Shown here one piece after another: positions 1-14,243 of a stretch of 64,000 nt of DNA (position 1 is the stretch's first letter; each line of letters starts with the position of its first letter). The notes under the pieces are model-generated. The model was given only the letters and a program-made list of their open reading frames with translations, ran no database searches and was not told the origin of the DNA. A program made the position numbers and the translations under genes. The DNA lies in NCBI GenBank assembly GCA_964016885.1, contig OZ024746.1, positions 806,001-870,000 on the forward strand, in the 5' to 3' direction. The DNA is from Eledone cirrhosa. Its lineage: Eukaryota.

Positions 1-139
1 AGATCTGGAGACAGAATGGGCTCCGCCAGGCTTATAAAATGTCCAATACACGCCATATGTCAACACGCCGCCTTTATGACTTCCTCGGCAGTTACGGGAC
101 CACGCATGCATATATTGTATATTAAAAAAAAAACTCCGA

Positions 140-320
140 TTTCAATGGTGATGATGGTAAAGCGCCCAGACGGGGCAACCGTTTCCCCGCTCGGATGAGG
201 TAATTATGTAATATTGGGATCCCACGTGTTGCAACACTTTCGCTTACAACCCGGGCACTAACCGCCCCTTAACATTGAACACAGGAAGATAGCTAAATAC
301 CAAGATTTGACCATTCGCAT
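140..320 (+). pseudogene. Degraded non-LTR retrotransposon relic, restriction-like endonuclease region (CRE-like)
   Basis: Broken frames read KRPDGATVSP ... YWDPTCCNTFA ... RKIAKYQDL, resembling the RPDGxTxxPW...WDxTC...K..KY RLE signature; contains stops and frameshifts. Confidence 0.5.
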
Positions 321-1134
321 CTTTCTCGTGTCCAGCACCCTAGAGACAGACCTCTGGTATCATCGAGTCCAGAACTGCCGTTTTCCTTCGCTAAATCGAA
401 CGGAGTGTATGCAACCCCTAGGTTGTGTGGCTCTTGCAGTGGATGTCGTTGGCTGTTCGCCATTTTGATTGCAGTGTGCAGCTGAGAGATAACATTTAGA
501 CTCCCTTTCCCTTATTTTCCCTCCTTTGTCCCTTTTTGAACATGGAAACGTTGAGGTCCGTATACTGTAGTGGGAACAACAGCAGTTTACGTGTTCCCTC
601 TTGAGGCCCTAAGTGCTGGTAATTTTTACCTAATGGTTCACCCTAGTGTCCACTATATAACATTTATCCACGGATCCCAAACCTTCAATGCCAGAAGCAC
701 CTATGAGATGTAACATTGTAGAAACCCAACTTAGTGAGCTCTAACTAACTAAATAATTAAATAAATTAAAACACAGTAAAGCAACTCATTGTATTTTAAA
801 GTTTAATAATTTAATACATCTATGACAGGAGTCGGCTACAATCTGACAGTTTTAAATGTAGTGAGATATCAAGTAAAAGCTGAAAAAGTTTAGATAAATA
901 TAAACATTTAAAAATAAATAGTATTATTGTCATGACTTACCCCCAATGATACGGGACCGGGCCCTGGAGAATGTAGGGAGCACAGTCACCTCGTGGCCCC
1001 ACCAGACAGAATGGAAGAAGCATAGCCCCGATTGAAAAGGAAACACTAAAAACATGTTAACTCTTTTAATACCAAACCGTTTTGAGTTTATAATAGAAAA
1101 CCGCCTATTTTAATATGTTTATCCTAGTTATAAT

Positions 1135-1325
1135 GAACAAACGAACAACGATGGTTGCTGGATACTACGGCTTAATACGGGATGTTTGTTTACAAACACC
1201 GAGCATTATAATAAATGTTCGGTGAATCCATACGTACATATATATATGTGTGCATGTATGTATATATATATACATACTACTGTACGTTTGTATACATATA
1301 TGTATGTACGTGTACATACTTATAT
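1135..1325 (+). mobile_element. Old diverged fragment of the hammerhead family seen at 7911-8387 and 17679-18248
   Basis: 1183-1325 aligns by eye to about 17993-18190 (gtttgtttacaaac, ttataataa, ctactgtacgt.tgtatacatatatgtatgtacgt). It is flanked by the 11-bp direct repeat ctagttataat (1124-1134 and 1326-1336), a likely TSD. Confidence 0.6.
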
Positions 1326-2059
1326 CTAGTTATAATCTTCCGTCATAATTTTATTTTAGAAATTTTTGTTAAATAATGCGGTGCCCCAGCATGGCCTTAG
1401 GCTGTAATAGTGTAATGCCCTAAACTTAAAATTACTATTATATTGAATTCCACCAAATTTTTGGTTATTTTTCAAAATTAATTGGAACACATGTATGTGT
1501 TACATTAGAGAGATACAACAATGAAGGTTAAATACTTGAGACTCCGTCGAAGTCAACTTGACCTTTCATCTGGGATCGATAAAATATATATTACCAATAA
1601 AATATTTGGAACGAAGTCGATTTAATTAATTTCCCGCTCCCTTGAAACTGTTGCTAGTCGTCTGTCTAAATTATAAACCTGAAATACTATGTATTTCTAC
1701 TTTAATTCATCAGATGCCAATATTTTTTATTTAAGAAAACATATAAAACAATAAAAAATGAACGAAAAATAAAAATAAACAAAACTGTATAAAGAATTGC
1801 CTATATCAGTTACTATGACAACTACCTTTGACATAGATTAGGTAAAATATATGGAGTTAGGGAGTGAGCGGCCAGTGACGTCAGTGGCGGGGACTAGGGT
1901 TTCTGTCTGGATCCATGTGATGTTCTCTGGCCAGACATGGAACAGTTAAGCACTACGGACACGAGTAGGGACTCACAGGTCCCTTCACTCCTTACCACAA
2001 TATACATATTTATTAATAAAAGTAAATATATGAATTCATTAAAACTATTTATTTCTCAA

Positions 2060-2560
2060 GTAATAACATTTGGAAACACCAAAAATTATCGGCAAATCAT
2101 TTTCTGGATGTTTCAGCGCCTTAGCCTCGCCATCACCCGTGGTAATACTGTCAGCGTTTTTGCCTCAAAAATTACCGTTGATCCTTGTGGGGTGTGTGAC
2201 CAAAATAACACACTATTGACCCTTGTGATATTTCACTAATTAATGATGAATTGATGTTTTTTCTCTCTTGAGCCCAGATACTGCTGGATGCCAGGTCGAA
2301 GAGGGCAAACTGTCCAAGTACAACCAGCCGCTCCCTGATAGGTTTGTGTCAGGGCCTGTAGCAGTGGAGACTTACGGCATTCTTGGCCCGCGGACCATAT
2401 CCCTACTCACTGCTATCGGAGTAGAGCTGACCCCCGGACCACATCCCTACTCACTGCTATCGGAGTGAGTTGGCTGCTCACAGGTGCGAGAGCTCCGTGA
2501 GGTGGAGTGGCTGTTCCAGAGTGTCTCCCTCGCTCGCTTCCGGGTCAATATATTCTCCAT
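2060..2560 (+). pseudogene. CRE-like non-LTR retrotransposon C-terminal relics (two fragments)
   Basis: FWMFQRLSLAITRGNTVSV (about 2100-2160) and EEGKLSKY...PVAVETYGILG...EWLFQSVSLA (2268-2535) match the recalled RLE C-terminal pattern of CRE-clade elements. Confidence 0.55.
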
Positions 2561-2869
2561 CCTGTTGGCCGGGATCCAGAGGTGGAGGGTAATTTAATTG
2601 GAGGGCGAGGACAAAAGTTCCCACGTCACAAATATATTCACATATACACAAAATTACTTTGTTGTTTTTTGTGTGCATTATATTTGGGATCGAAGTACCA
2701 GTAATACACTGGGTAATTGCTGGCCTTGTGCCAAAAGTAGAAACAATTATATTTATATATGTATAAGGTTCCAGTCCTTAGATTTTGCTTGTGGATATTT
2801 TATTGACGTATTTTTTAAAATAATTACGTATTTCTACAAAGTGAATTTCTCTGTAATAAAATTTAATTG

Positions 2870-2996
2870 TTTCTACTTTTGGCACAAGGCAAGCAATTAC
2901 CCAGAGCATTACTGGTACTTTATTTTATTGACCCCGTAAGGATGAAAGGCAAAGTTAACCTCGGCGGGATTTGAACTCAGAATGGCAAGGGCCGTA
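2870..2996 (-). mobile_element. SINE fragment with Deu/Nin-like core; related pieces at about 1540-1680 (+), 5810-5860 (+), 6575-6628, 7592-7697, 42224-42283, 60025-60100
   Basis: Recurrent motif ctggtactttattttatcgacccc..aaggatgaaaggcaaagttaacctcggcgggatttgaactc. Confidence 0.7.
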
Positions 2997-3639
2997 AAAT
3001 AAAATTTAATAGGAGATATTCAGACTGTCAGAAATTGTACATCAACAGCTTGTGTGGCATTTGGGAAAGTTAGAGCCGCTGACAGCGGTGTTTCTATCAT
3101 TGTGATTTACCTTACTGAACTCTGCAGCCACCAATGTCACAGCTTCTCTCAATGAGTTTTAAGTGGGGAAACTCTATCGTCCCGTGTCGTAGCGAGTACA
3201 TGCCTCCTCCCATCTCATCATCTAGGTTATCGATCAAAACAAAGCTGAGTATATGTTGTGTTAGCAGCAGACCTGAGTGAAACCTCTTCTATTTTCGTAT
3301 GTATCATATTTATTTTATATATATATATATATATTTTTTCTCTCTCCGAATAACATCTTTGTTAATTTTTTTAGTTATAAATTTGTTATTATTAATATTA
3401 TTATTATTTATTTTTTTTAATGATTTTTTTTTCACCTTCAAATCGTGCCCCTTTGTTCGTTGACATACCTGGCAATGATTTTAAGGACAAATGAAAAGTC
3501 ATTGAACTAAAATATTCACCTGGCAACAGTAAATCTATTTTTTAAATTCATTTTTAATACCTTTTATTTTGTATGAAGCCAATTTCTGACTGTACCCCTC
3601 TCCCTGTTGTAGATAAAGACATCAATTTTCACCTTAGAT

Positions 3640-3764
3640 CAGTCATGGAAAACTGCGACCCGCGACCCGTTTGGCTCTCTGAATAGAATGTCTAATTTCA
3701 AAAATTGGCTTAAATTCTTTTTTTGTAGTGCGGCCCTCTGTTCGAAAACAGTTGCCCATGCTTG
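3640..3764. mobile_element. hAT-like MITE
   Basis: Imperfect TIRs cagtcatggaaaac / gttgcccatgcttg; 8-bp TSD ccttagat (3632-3639) / ccttaaat (3765-3772). Confidence 0.65.
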
Positions 3765-4489
3765 CCTTAAATATTAGATGGATCGTGGACCGCATCTCTT
3801 TGTTTCCTTATACAAAGGTCATCCATACGCACACACACATATATATGTATGTATTCCGAGTTCAATAGGGGGTAACCACACTAAGTAAGGTACTCGATAC
3901 ATAGCAAAGTATAAATATATAATATAGAAATGGCTTCTACTTCACTATATACATATATATTCATCCTATGGACTGAGAGCTCTTACCCGTGGGTATTTCT
4001 ACCAAACCTTTACTACAGTATACACACATATATATATATATATATATATACATATATACAAACGCATACACACACACACATATATATATATAGTTATGTA
4101 ATAAACAACATAAGGCAATTATTTCATTTACCAGTGGTTTCTTATATATTACACATACATATATATATATATACACAATCCTTCCAAGGTTATATATCAG
4201 GGTTTCCCGTCTAGAATGATATTCTAACAAGACACTCAAGACGGGCTAATCTCGCGCTCGGACACCAAACCAAGTATTTCCATGTCCTCGCAATATATAT
4301 ATATACAAACACACACACATATATATGTGTGTGAAAGATGCTCATTTTAAAATGGTTATCCTTTTACTAAAATCTTCCATCATAATTTTATTTTCAACAT
4401 TTTTGTTAAGTAATGCTTTAAATATCAGTTTACTAACGAAAACAGTTATTCTAGCGAATTCTTCCAAATTGTTCTTCTTCGCCCACTTA

Positions 4490-4850
4490 TTCCTGTGAGA
4501 CTTGTGGGGGCAAACACTCCTTCAAACACTCCTTCCAGCTGCCTCATCAGAAGCTAGTCTCAGGATCCTTAAGTGAAACAAGCCAAGCCTCATAGATGTT
4601 ATCCATCTTGCTGAGAGTCTCCTGTCGGTTTGTTTTGCCTTTAAAATCTGTCCAGTGATTCTTTCCTGGGACAATCTAACCACATGTCCTCTATAGTGTC
4701 AGAGCTGCGATCTCTCAGTTCAGAGAAGTAGCGGCTCTACCTGGAGTGACTCCCATCTCCGAGCAACACATCCTTCGGTCGAAACCCGTTTTATATTTGC
4801 GATCGTATTCTTTCTGTCATTACCCAAGATTTATGACTATGTGGTGATGT
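4490..4850 (-). pseudogene. Old RTE-like LINE 3' relic; related relics at about 61790-61860 and 62590-62880
   Basis: Shared block ctcagttcagagaagtagcggctctacctggagtgactc; the minus-strand translation of the 62.8-kb copy contains LRYYGHVVRM. Confidence 0.5.
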
Positions 4851-5328
4851 TTCGTATTAGCTAGCCGTGTTTCCTGCAGCAAAATTATGTCCGCTTCTTT
4901 TACTGATAAATCATTAGGAATCTACATATAAAGATTTATTTGTTACCGTGGTCTTGCATATAATTATAGTCAGCCATTAATAGCCCGCGTGGAGTACGTG
5001 CCGACCTTCTCCCCCCCTCTCTGTATCAGCAATGAACTACTCTATCTCTCCCTGCCCTGTCTGTCTTTACTCTGTCACCCTCTCTACTACCACGTTGTCT
5101 ACATCTTATAATTCCACCATGCCAGAAGCAGGCATCTGATGGCTGTTGCGCAACATCTGAAGGGTGGACAGGTGTTTTACAGAAACAAAAGGGTCAGTTA
5201 AATTTTACTATTTAGAAAATCAATATCAAGCAAGGTCACTCAATGCTTTTTCTTTTAATATGTATATAGTGTTTATATATTAATATACATACATTAAAAA
5301 CAAATCTCAATGTGATTTTTTTAAATGA

Positions 5329-5439
5329 TTAATTATAGCTAGGAACCTCACAATTATTAATTATAGCTAGGAACCTCACAATTATTAATTATAGCTAGGA
5401 ACCTCACAAATGTTAATTATAGCTAGGAACCTCACAAAT
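5329..5439. repeat. 28-bp tandem repeat, about 4 copies
   Basis: Unit ttaattatagctaggaacctcacaatta. Confidence 0.9.
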
Positions 5440-6105
5440 ATAATGCACAAGAAATCTTTGATGAAAGCGAGAGAAGCATCACTTCACCATCAGGTGTGAC
5501 AGCCTGTCTTACACAGCACAAGGACCACCGATATATATTATAATAAATCATTTAGAATGTTAGCTGTTCTTAAACAGTCAATATTTGTTAATATATTTAG
5601 GTTTATTGGTTAATAATATCCATTAGCATTTTTTTTTTTAGTTTTTCTCGAAAGTAGTAATTTTTTCACGGCATCCACCATGAGAATATATGGAAATCTG
5701 GAAGGTTTAACTTGCCTCAATTATTAATAATTATTTGCGTTGAATATACAGAAATTTTATTTTATTAGGCGAAATAGATAACTGCAAAAACCAATTACAA
5801 ATTGCAGCAATTTCGCCTTTCAGTCATTCAAGGTCGATAAAATAAAGTACCGGTCTAATACTAGATTCTTCCTCCATATCTCACAGTCTTTCTCCGATAT
5901 ATTTAGACTTGGAGAGGAGATTAGTTCTGCCAGGTTTTAAAAAAATACTCTAGAAATATCATATCTTAATATGGCACTTGTGTCTCCCTCAGGATTTACG
6001 GATATCTATATATCTATCTATATTGGTTCAAAATATTGCTCGTAAAACATACAAATACAACTAATTATTATTAGAAACCTCACAAATATAATACACACAC
6101 ACATA

Positions 6106-6149
<44 letters not shown>

Positions 6150-6690
6150 CGGTTGTCGGTTTTATATTTTACCTCATTGGGCGAAATACAGATTTGAGGT
6201 AATGCCGTATTCCAACCTATTTGGCAGTATGTTCAGTTTTTCACCAATCTGTTGTAATTAACTCTTAAATATCCTGTACTACATGAAACCGCATCAACAA
6301 GACATCTTTGAAAAGTATAAAACAGTATTTGGTCCAGTTAATAATGTTGAAGTCGTTAGAATGTCTTTTAGAATAGTTTGTGGTATTTGTACCGGCTCCA
6401 AGTCCGGCCAACATCAACTTTGCTTTTCATATATTCGAGGTCTACAAAAAAAAAAAAAGGAACCTGTCAAGTACTGAGGTCGATTCTTCCTCTATATTTA
6501 TTTCTCACTCTTTCTATCATTCTCTGGAAGAAATCTGCTGAATTCAAACCTGGAGATACACTATGGCTCATAATTGTTTCTACTTTTGGCACAAGGCCAG
6601 CAATTATTTAGTGCATTACTGGTACTTAGCTAGTAATGATAAATCAAACAATTTATATTTGAAACATCGTTTTTCACAGTTGTGTTATAT

Positions 6691-7068
6691 ATACGATATT
6701 AATAAATGGAAACTATATTTATAAAACCATATTTATTTCATTATACATATTTCAAGGACACCAAGTTAAATTATGGTGTGCTTTCATCAGATAAAACTAT
6801 CCGGGAGCTTTCAACAGTAATGGTTGCATTCTTTAAGGGTATGTCAATATTTATTTATAAAACTGTTCTATATTATATTTTATCTGATGAAAGCACACCA
6901 TAATTTAACTTGGTGTCCTTGAAATATGTATAATGAAATAAATATGGTTTTATAAATATAGTTTCCATTTATTAATATCGTATTTTTACTCCAAATATTT
7001 GTTGAGTGCTTTATATCAGTTATAAAAATATTTGCTTGTTGTATCCCAACAATTTAAATAGAGCTTTA
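6691..7068 (+). mobile_element. Penelope-like terminal-repeat fragment with 5' inverted duplication
   Basis: 106-bp inverted arms 6691-6796 / 6878-6983, an 81-bp spacer, and a unique 3' tail running into (TA)n; each arm contains a hammerhead. Confidence 0.75.
6878..6938 (+). ncRNA. Minimal type-I hammerhead ribozyme (mirror copy 6736-6796 on -)
   Basis: Stem I ttttat/atgaaa; CTGATGA 6884-6890; stem II aag.acacca/tggtgt.ctt; GAAA 6921-6924; self-complementary stem III ATATGTAT (G.U); cleavage after A6932. Confidence 0.8.
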
Positions 7069-7103
7069 CATATATTATATATATATATATAATATATATA
7101 TAC

Positions 7104-7290
7104 GAAAAAGTATGACCCCGACGGCAGAGCTCAAGCCGTTTCGACTGCTATTTCTGGAAATAGCCGTCGAAACGGCTTGAGCTCTGCCGTCGGGGTCATA
7201 CTTTTTCCTAATTCCCACTATACTACTCTAAGTATTGAGTACTCTGGTGCGTTATGGTCCATCTGGTTCCTTACCACATTTCCTTTGTTA
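7104..7290 (+). repeat. 104-bp hairpin with 3' tail, probable PLE terminal fragment
   Basis: 51-bp arms 7104-7154 / 7157-7207 with one mismatch and a 2-nt loop; tail to about 7290; flanked by (TA)n on both sides. Confidence 0.75.
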
Positions 7291-7775
7291 TATATATGTA
7301 TATATATATATATATGCTTCATGTACTAGGTTGATACACGTGTAGCACTTAGAGATATTTTAATTATGTCATTAGGCGTCTTGTTAATTCTAATGGTTGA
7401 CTTAAAGTATTAACTACATATTTCATTGTAATATATGATTGCTATAAAAATAGAGAGAAAGTTACGTCTGCCGACAGATGCAGGGGTGTTGTGTAAGAGA
7501 ATCTAAATCGATATTTTATAGATAGTTACACCTAAGTGACCTTTCCCCACTTCCATTCATCTTTATTAACTTTCACAAAATAAAAATAATTATTTCTACT
7601 TTAGGCACAAGGCCAGCAAATACCCAGTGCATTACTGGTACTTTATTTTATCGATCCCGTAAGGATGAAAGGCAAAGTTAAGCTCGGAGGGATTAAAAAT
7701 AGTGCAATGTAATGTTCCTGTCAAGAGAATTTTAATTTGGCGCTATTTTATGGTTTTCACTTTCTTAATTTCGAT

Positions 7776-8387
<612 letters not shown>

Positions 8388-8524
8388 GGTATATCTATAT
8401 ATATATATCTATATATATATATCTATATATATATATATATATATATCTATATATCTATATCTATATATATATCTATATATCTATATATATATCTATATAT
8501 CTATATATATATCTATATATATAT

Positions 8525-8556
8525 CCCACTTTTGATGCCCTAGTGGCAAATAAAAG

Positions 8557-8559
<3 letters not shown>
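8525..8559 (+). mobile_element. 35-bp extreme 3' tip of the Tx1-like element inserted in (TA)n
   Basis: cccacttttgatgccctagtggcaaataaaagaaa is the reverse complement of 18905-18939. Confidence 0.85.
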
Positions 8560-8618
<59 letters not shown>

Positions 8619-9627
8619 CTATATATATATATATATAAAATATTAAACAAATAATGAACAAACAATTCCTTATATTAAACAAAAAAAGGTTCACTATTTA
8701 ACGATCGTTTCTAGGGCATATATGTGCTATAATTGGTATGCATATTTAACAGATCTATGTACAAAATTATACAAAATTATACAAATTATCAAGATTAAAT
8801 ATACATACCTAACTCATATATACGCCGTCTTCAGAAATAATGAAGTATATTTATTGATAATAACAACAATTCAAAATATCAGTTCAAAATTGACCAATGA
8901 AAACACAAAGGGTTAAAAAGCAGTTTGGTGTGTGTATATACATGTAAAACCCTACACACATTTTACAATAATGTGTGTATAATATGTATGTGCATACTAA
9001 AAAGATGGATGCAAATAAAAAATTTCAAGGTTAATATCTCTGTAAGTTTAATGCGCTGATAAGATACGCAATGATACTTATGGAGTCAAGCATATAAATA
9101 TATTTTTTTCATACTCACACATATCAGTATAATCACACATACATGTGCGTATATATATAAATATACACATAACCACGAACACACAAACACACACACACCC
9201 CCCACTCACATTTATATATGTGGATATAAAATCATAAGCAAATAGAAATTAAGTCACTCACATAAACACACTGGTACACACATTTCAAGATCAAGATACA
9301 GAAATTAGGTGGGAGGGGGGGGGGGGAGGGGTCAGTATTAGGTTGTCAGACAGACAGCCTAATATAAATGTATCTATAAATTATGAAAAATAAAAAAATA
9401 AAAACAAAAAATATATTACATATAATATAATGTACATACGCATACAGATATACATACACATACATACATGTACGCGCACATAGAGATATCTACACATACA
9501 TACATACACACATACCTATACTGTCATACGCACACATACATTTACATGAACTTACACATACACATATAAAAAGATAAAAATACGGACACACACACGCGCA
9601 ACACATACACACATACACATATATATA

Positions 9628-9676
<49 letters not shown>

Positions 9677-9787
9677 TATACACACACACACATGGACTCA
9701 TATATATATACATACACATACATATACTTATACACAAACATATATATCCCACACTCATACCACCATGAAAACACATACAAACATCCA

Positions 9788-9840
<53 letters not shown>

Positions 9841-10063
9841 ATACACACACGTACACACATATGCATACATACATACATATATACACACATACACATATAT
9901 ATATATACACACACACATAAAATACAGACATGCACATATATACATATATATATATATATATATACATTTCATTACCCTTATATATACACATAGTATATAT
10001 ACATACACAACCTCACTTATACACATATACACATAAGTTATATTACAATAATAATAAAGAATA

Positions 10064-10094
<31 letters not shown>

Positions 10095-10233
10095 TATACA
10101 CACATATACACATATACATACATACACATACATATACATACATACATACACATACATACATACACCTAAATATAAACATATATAAATACACACATACGAA
10201 TAAAGACATATATTCACACATAGACACCTATAT

Positions 10234-10277
<44 letters not shown>

Positions 10278-10292
10278 ACATGTAAAATAGAT

Positions 10293-11741
10293 ATGGGCCT
10301 ATTTCTCCTTTTCAACATAAATGCCTCTTTTCCCCACCTCAAAGGTGGTTTATATCGTGATGACTGTCTTCTTCTTTCTAACAACCTTAGCCTTTCAGAA
10401 ATCGAAAAAAACAAAAAGCATATTAGAACTTTCCTTAAAGACTATTATAATCTTAATATTACTTTTGAAAAAACAAGTAAAGTAGTAAATTTCCTAGATA
10501 TAACTTTAGATTTAGCTACGGGTATATACCAACCTTACCATAAACCTAACCAAAACTTACATTACATACACTCACAATCTAATCACCCTAAATCTATCCT
10601 TAAAAACCTTGCATATAATATATCACTTAGAATTTCTAACCTTTCTTCTAACCAAGATGTATTTGATAAAAATGCGACCTTTTATAATGAAGCTCTAGAT
10701 AGAAGTGGCCACAAAAATAGATTAGAGTATATAACTTCTACTAAAAATACTGAAAACATACAGCATAATATTACCAACAAACACCAAATGAAAGGTACAC
10801 ACCTAAATGCCACCCACAGTATACCACAAAATACTAAATCTTCTAATATAAAGTATAGTAACCCTCAAAAAACTACTCATCATAAGACTATAATAAATAT
10901 TAATAATAAAACTCCTAATAAAAAAGATAAAACACCTAAATCTACAAATATAACTAAAAATAGTTGTGGTGAGATCATTAACATTATTCCTCCTAGTAAA
11001 AATCATGATACAACATATAAAAATAATAAAAATAATAAACAATATAGAAACCGTAATAGACGAGTTACTTGGTATAATGCTCCTTTTAATTTACAAGTTA
11101 AGGATAATATTGCTAAAAAATTTTTTTATATCCTTGAGAAAAACTTCCCGCCAAACCACAAATACCATCAAATCTTAAATAGGTCTACAGTTAAATTCTC
11201 ATATTCTACAACAAATAACATAAAACAAAATATAAGTGCATATAATGCATATAAATGTAAGAAAACTATAAGTATACCACCAGTACATCAAATTAACAAT
11301 AATATCTCCTCAAATACAGAATTAACGAAAGGATGTAACTGTAGAAACAAAACAAACTGCCCATTAAAAGGGAATTGTCTTGTTAACAACATAGTCTATA
11401 AATGTAATGTTAAAACTAAAGATTCTATTTGCTCATATATAGGAGCTACCTCTAACAATTTTAAGACAAGGTATAATACCCACAAACATAGCTTTAAAAA
11501 TGCCGCACTGGCTAATACAACATCTCTAGCAGAAAAAATCAATAGTTATAAAAATAAAAATATAAAATATGATTTGACCTGGAGTGTGCTCAAAAGAGCC
11601 ACCCCTTATCAAAATAATAGAAAGGAATGTAGATTATGTTCCCAAGAACTATTTGAAATAATGAAGTCTAGGGATATCTTATTAAATAAAAGACAGGAAT
11701 TAATTATATCGTGTAATCATAAACTAAAAAAAAACATTTAA
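10293..11741 (+). CDS. PLE polyprotein fragment: C-terminal RT + Cys-rich linker + GIY-YIG endonuclease (N-terminus lost)
   Basis: [32 protein letters not shown], CNCx5CPLxxxC, IVY...YIG...FKTRY..H, CRLCxxE...NKR.E...CNH; 482 aa open. YRDD plus the CxC zinc finger fits Naiad-clade PLEs as recalled. Confidence 0.88.
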   Translation: MGLFLLFNINASFPHLKGGLYRDDCLLLSNNLSLSEIEKNKKHIRTFLKDYYNLNITFEKTSKVVNFLDITLDLATGIYQPYHKPNQNLHYIHSQSNHPKSILKNLAYNISLRISNLSSNQDVFDKNATFYNEALDRSGHKNRLEYITSTKNTENIQHNITNKHQMKGTHLNATHSIPQNTKSSNIKYSNPQKTTHHKTIININNKTPNKKDKTPKSTNITKNSCGEIINIIPPSKNHDTTYKNNKNNKQYRNRNRRVTWYNAPFNLQVKDNIAKKFFYILEKNFPPNHKYHQILNRSTVKFSYSTTNNIKQNISAYNAYKCKKTISIPPVHQINNNISSNTELTKGCNCRNKTNCPLKGNCLVNNIVYKCNVKTKDSICSYIGATSNNFKTRYNTHKHSFKNAALANTTSLAEKINSYKNKNIKYDLTWSVLKRATPYQNNRKECRLCSQELFEIMKSRDILLNKRQELIISCNHKLKKNI

Positions 11742-13577
11742 ATATTATAAACCTAATTAATAACATTATTCTAGAATTTAATTTAATTTAAATGTTAGTT
11801 AACCTATAAATTTAATTTAATTAATATTTTATTACAGATGAGAAAATATTATGTAATCATTAATTTTGAAAAACCTTTAAATATTACTAATATATATTCA
11901 GTAATTTAATTTATAGATTAATTTTAACTTATTTTAACCTTTTATTATAATTTTTTAATTTAGTTTAACCTTTTATTATAAAATTTTTTTTATTATAATT
12001 CTTTTACAGATAAAATATAACAAAATAATATCATGTATCCTATGACGGAGAAAGAATTTTTAGTATTATTGACCTAATTAATATACAATTTGGAAATATA
12101 TTTATTATTTGGTTTTAGCTTTAATCAACCTAAAACTTTAATTTTAATTTTAATTTGCTTAAAATTAGTATCCTTGTACAGACGAATTGCAGAATTTCAT
12201 GTAATCATAGAATGGGAGGTGTTTTTGGATATATACCTAGTTAATATATTCTGTGCAAATTTTTTGGAAAAGATATGTATATCTATATGTATATGTATAT
12301 GTGTGTATTGTATGTGTATCTGTATGTATATTTATGTGACTATATATGTATGTATGTGTATATATATGTATATATATATATATATATGTGTGTATGTATA
12401 TGTATATGTATGTGTATGTGTATGTATATGTATGTGTATGCGTATTAATTTTGATTTTTATTTGCATATAATTATATTATGCTATTGATGAAATACAATA
12501 TCTGCTTTATGTATTGTATACCTAATTAACATATACTAATTAACATATACTATTGAAATAAATATATAATTTTTAACTTAGTTAACATATAATTTATATG
12601 CTACTACTGATGTAATACTTTATTTTATTTTTATTTGGGTTTCTTTTCCCTATTATTAACTTTAATTTAGTTATAATGTAATTAATAATCTACTACTGTT
12701 TGACTTCATAATTCTGCTTCAAATATTATAAACCTAACTAATTTTACACCTTGGAAATCAATATGTTGACTATCTTTGGTTTAGTTGACATATGATTAAT
12801 GGTATACTTTTTTATTTTGTGATGCATAGATTTCGTATTTCCTAGCATTGAAAATATGTAAGAACATACATTGAATTAAGATATGGAAAATATTATAGGT
12901 TTCTTGAAACATATATTTACTTTGATCCCCTTCTCCAAACCCCCCCCTTTCCCCCATACTATTATCTTCTGTTTTTGTAAGTGTATATGTATGAATATAT
13001 GTGTAGATGGGTGTCTATATAGTTTTTTTTGGTACTTATTTCTAGATATAAAAATACATATATGAGCATGTAAATATGAATGTAAGATTGAGTGTGTATA
13101 TATGATTGTACATACATATGTATGTATATGTATGTATATATATGTATTATATATGTACGTGTATGTGAATGTGTGGTATATATATATGTGTAGGTATATG
13201 TATATATGTGTGTGTATGTGTATGCTGGTATATAGGAATATATATGTGTGTATATATGTATATATGTATATGCGTGGTTGTATGTATGTGTATATGGGTT
13301 CTGTATATATTTGTATGTCTCTCTATTTATATGTTTATCTTCGTATCTATGTGATATATGTGTGTGTGTGTGCACGTATGCATATGTATGTGTTTGTGTG
13401 TGTTTGTATGTGTGTGTGTATATATATGTATGTATTTGCGCACACTCACATACACATATATGTATATATATATATATATATATGTGAGTGTGTATGTGTG
13501 TCTGTATGTGTGTGCGTGTGTATATATGTGTGTATATATATATATATATGTGTATGTATGTGTATGTGTGTGTATAT

Positions 13578-13623
<46 letters not shown>

Positions 13624-13762
13624 ATATAGGTGTCTATGTGTGAATATATGTCTTTATTCGTATGTGTGTATTTATATATGTTTATATTTAGGTGTATGTA
13701 TGTATGTGTATGTATGTATGTATATGTATGTGTATGTATGTATATGTGTATATGTGTGTATA

Positions 13763-13793
<31 letters not shown>

Positions 13794-14016
13794 TATTCTT
13801 TATTATTATTGTAATATAACTTATGTGTATATGTGTATAAGTGAGGTTGTGTATGTATATATACTATGTGTATATATAAGGGTAATGAAATGTATATATA
13901 TATATATATATATGTATATATGTGCATGTCTGTATTTTATGTGTGTGTGTATATATATATATGTGTATGTGTGTATATATGTATGTATGTATGCATATGT
14001 GTGTACGTGTGTGTAT

Positions 14017-14071
<55 letters not shown>

Positions 14072-14182
14072 TGGATGTTTGTATGTGTTTTCATGGTGGT
14101 ATGAGTGTGGGATATATATGTTTGTGTATAAGTATATGTATGTGTATGTATATATATATGAGTCCATGTGTGTGTGTGTATA

Positions 14183-14243
<61 letters not shown>

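Noticed and set aside
3850-4295. Short unique islands between TA tracts as further ribozymes
   Set aside because: No hammerhead core found on either strand by eye; possibly element tails but unassignable.
8722-8916. Duplicated 64-aa ORF (also 14940-15134)
   Set aside because: Antisense to the hammerhead region; duplicated only because of the inverted arm.
10293-12200. Selenoprotein-type Naiad (in-frame UGA plus SECIS)
   Set aside because: No in-frame TGA in the retained 482 codons and no convincing SECIS by eye; the lost N-terminus cannot be judged.
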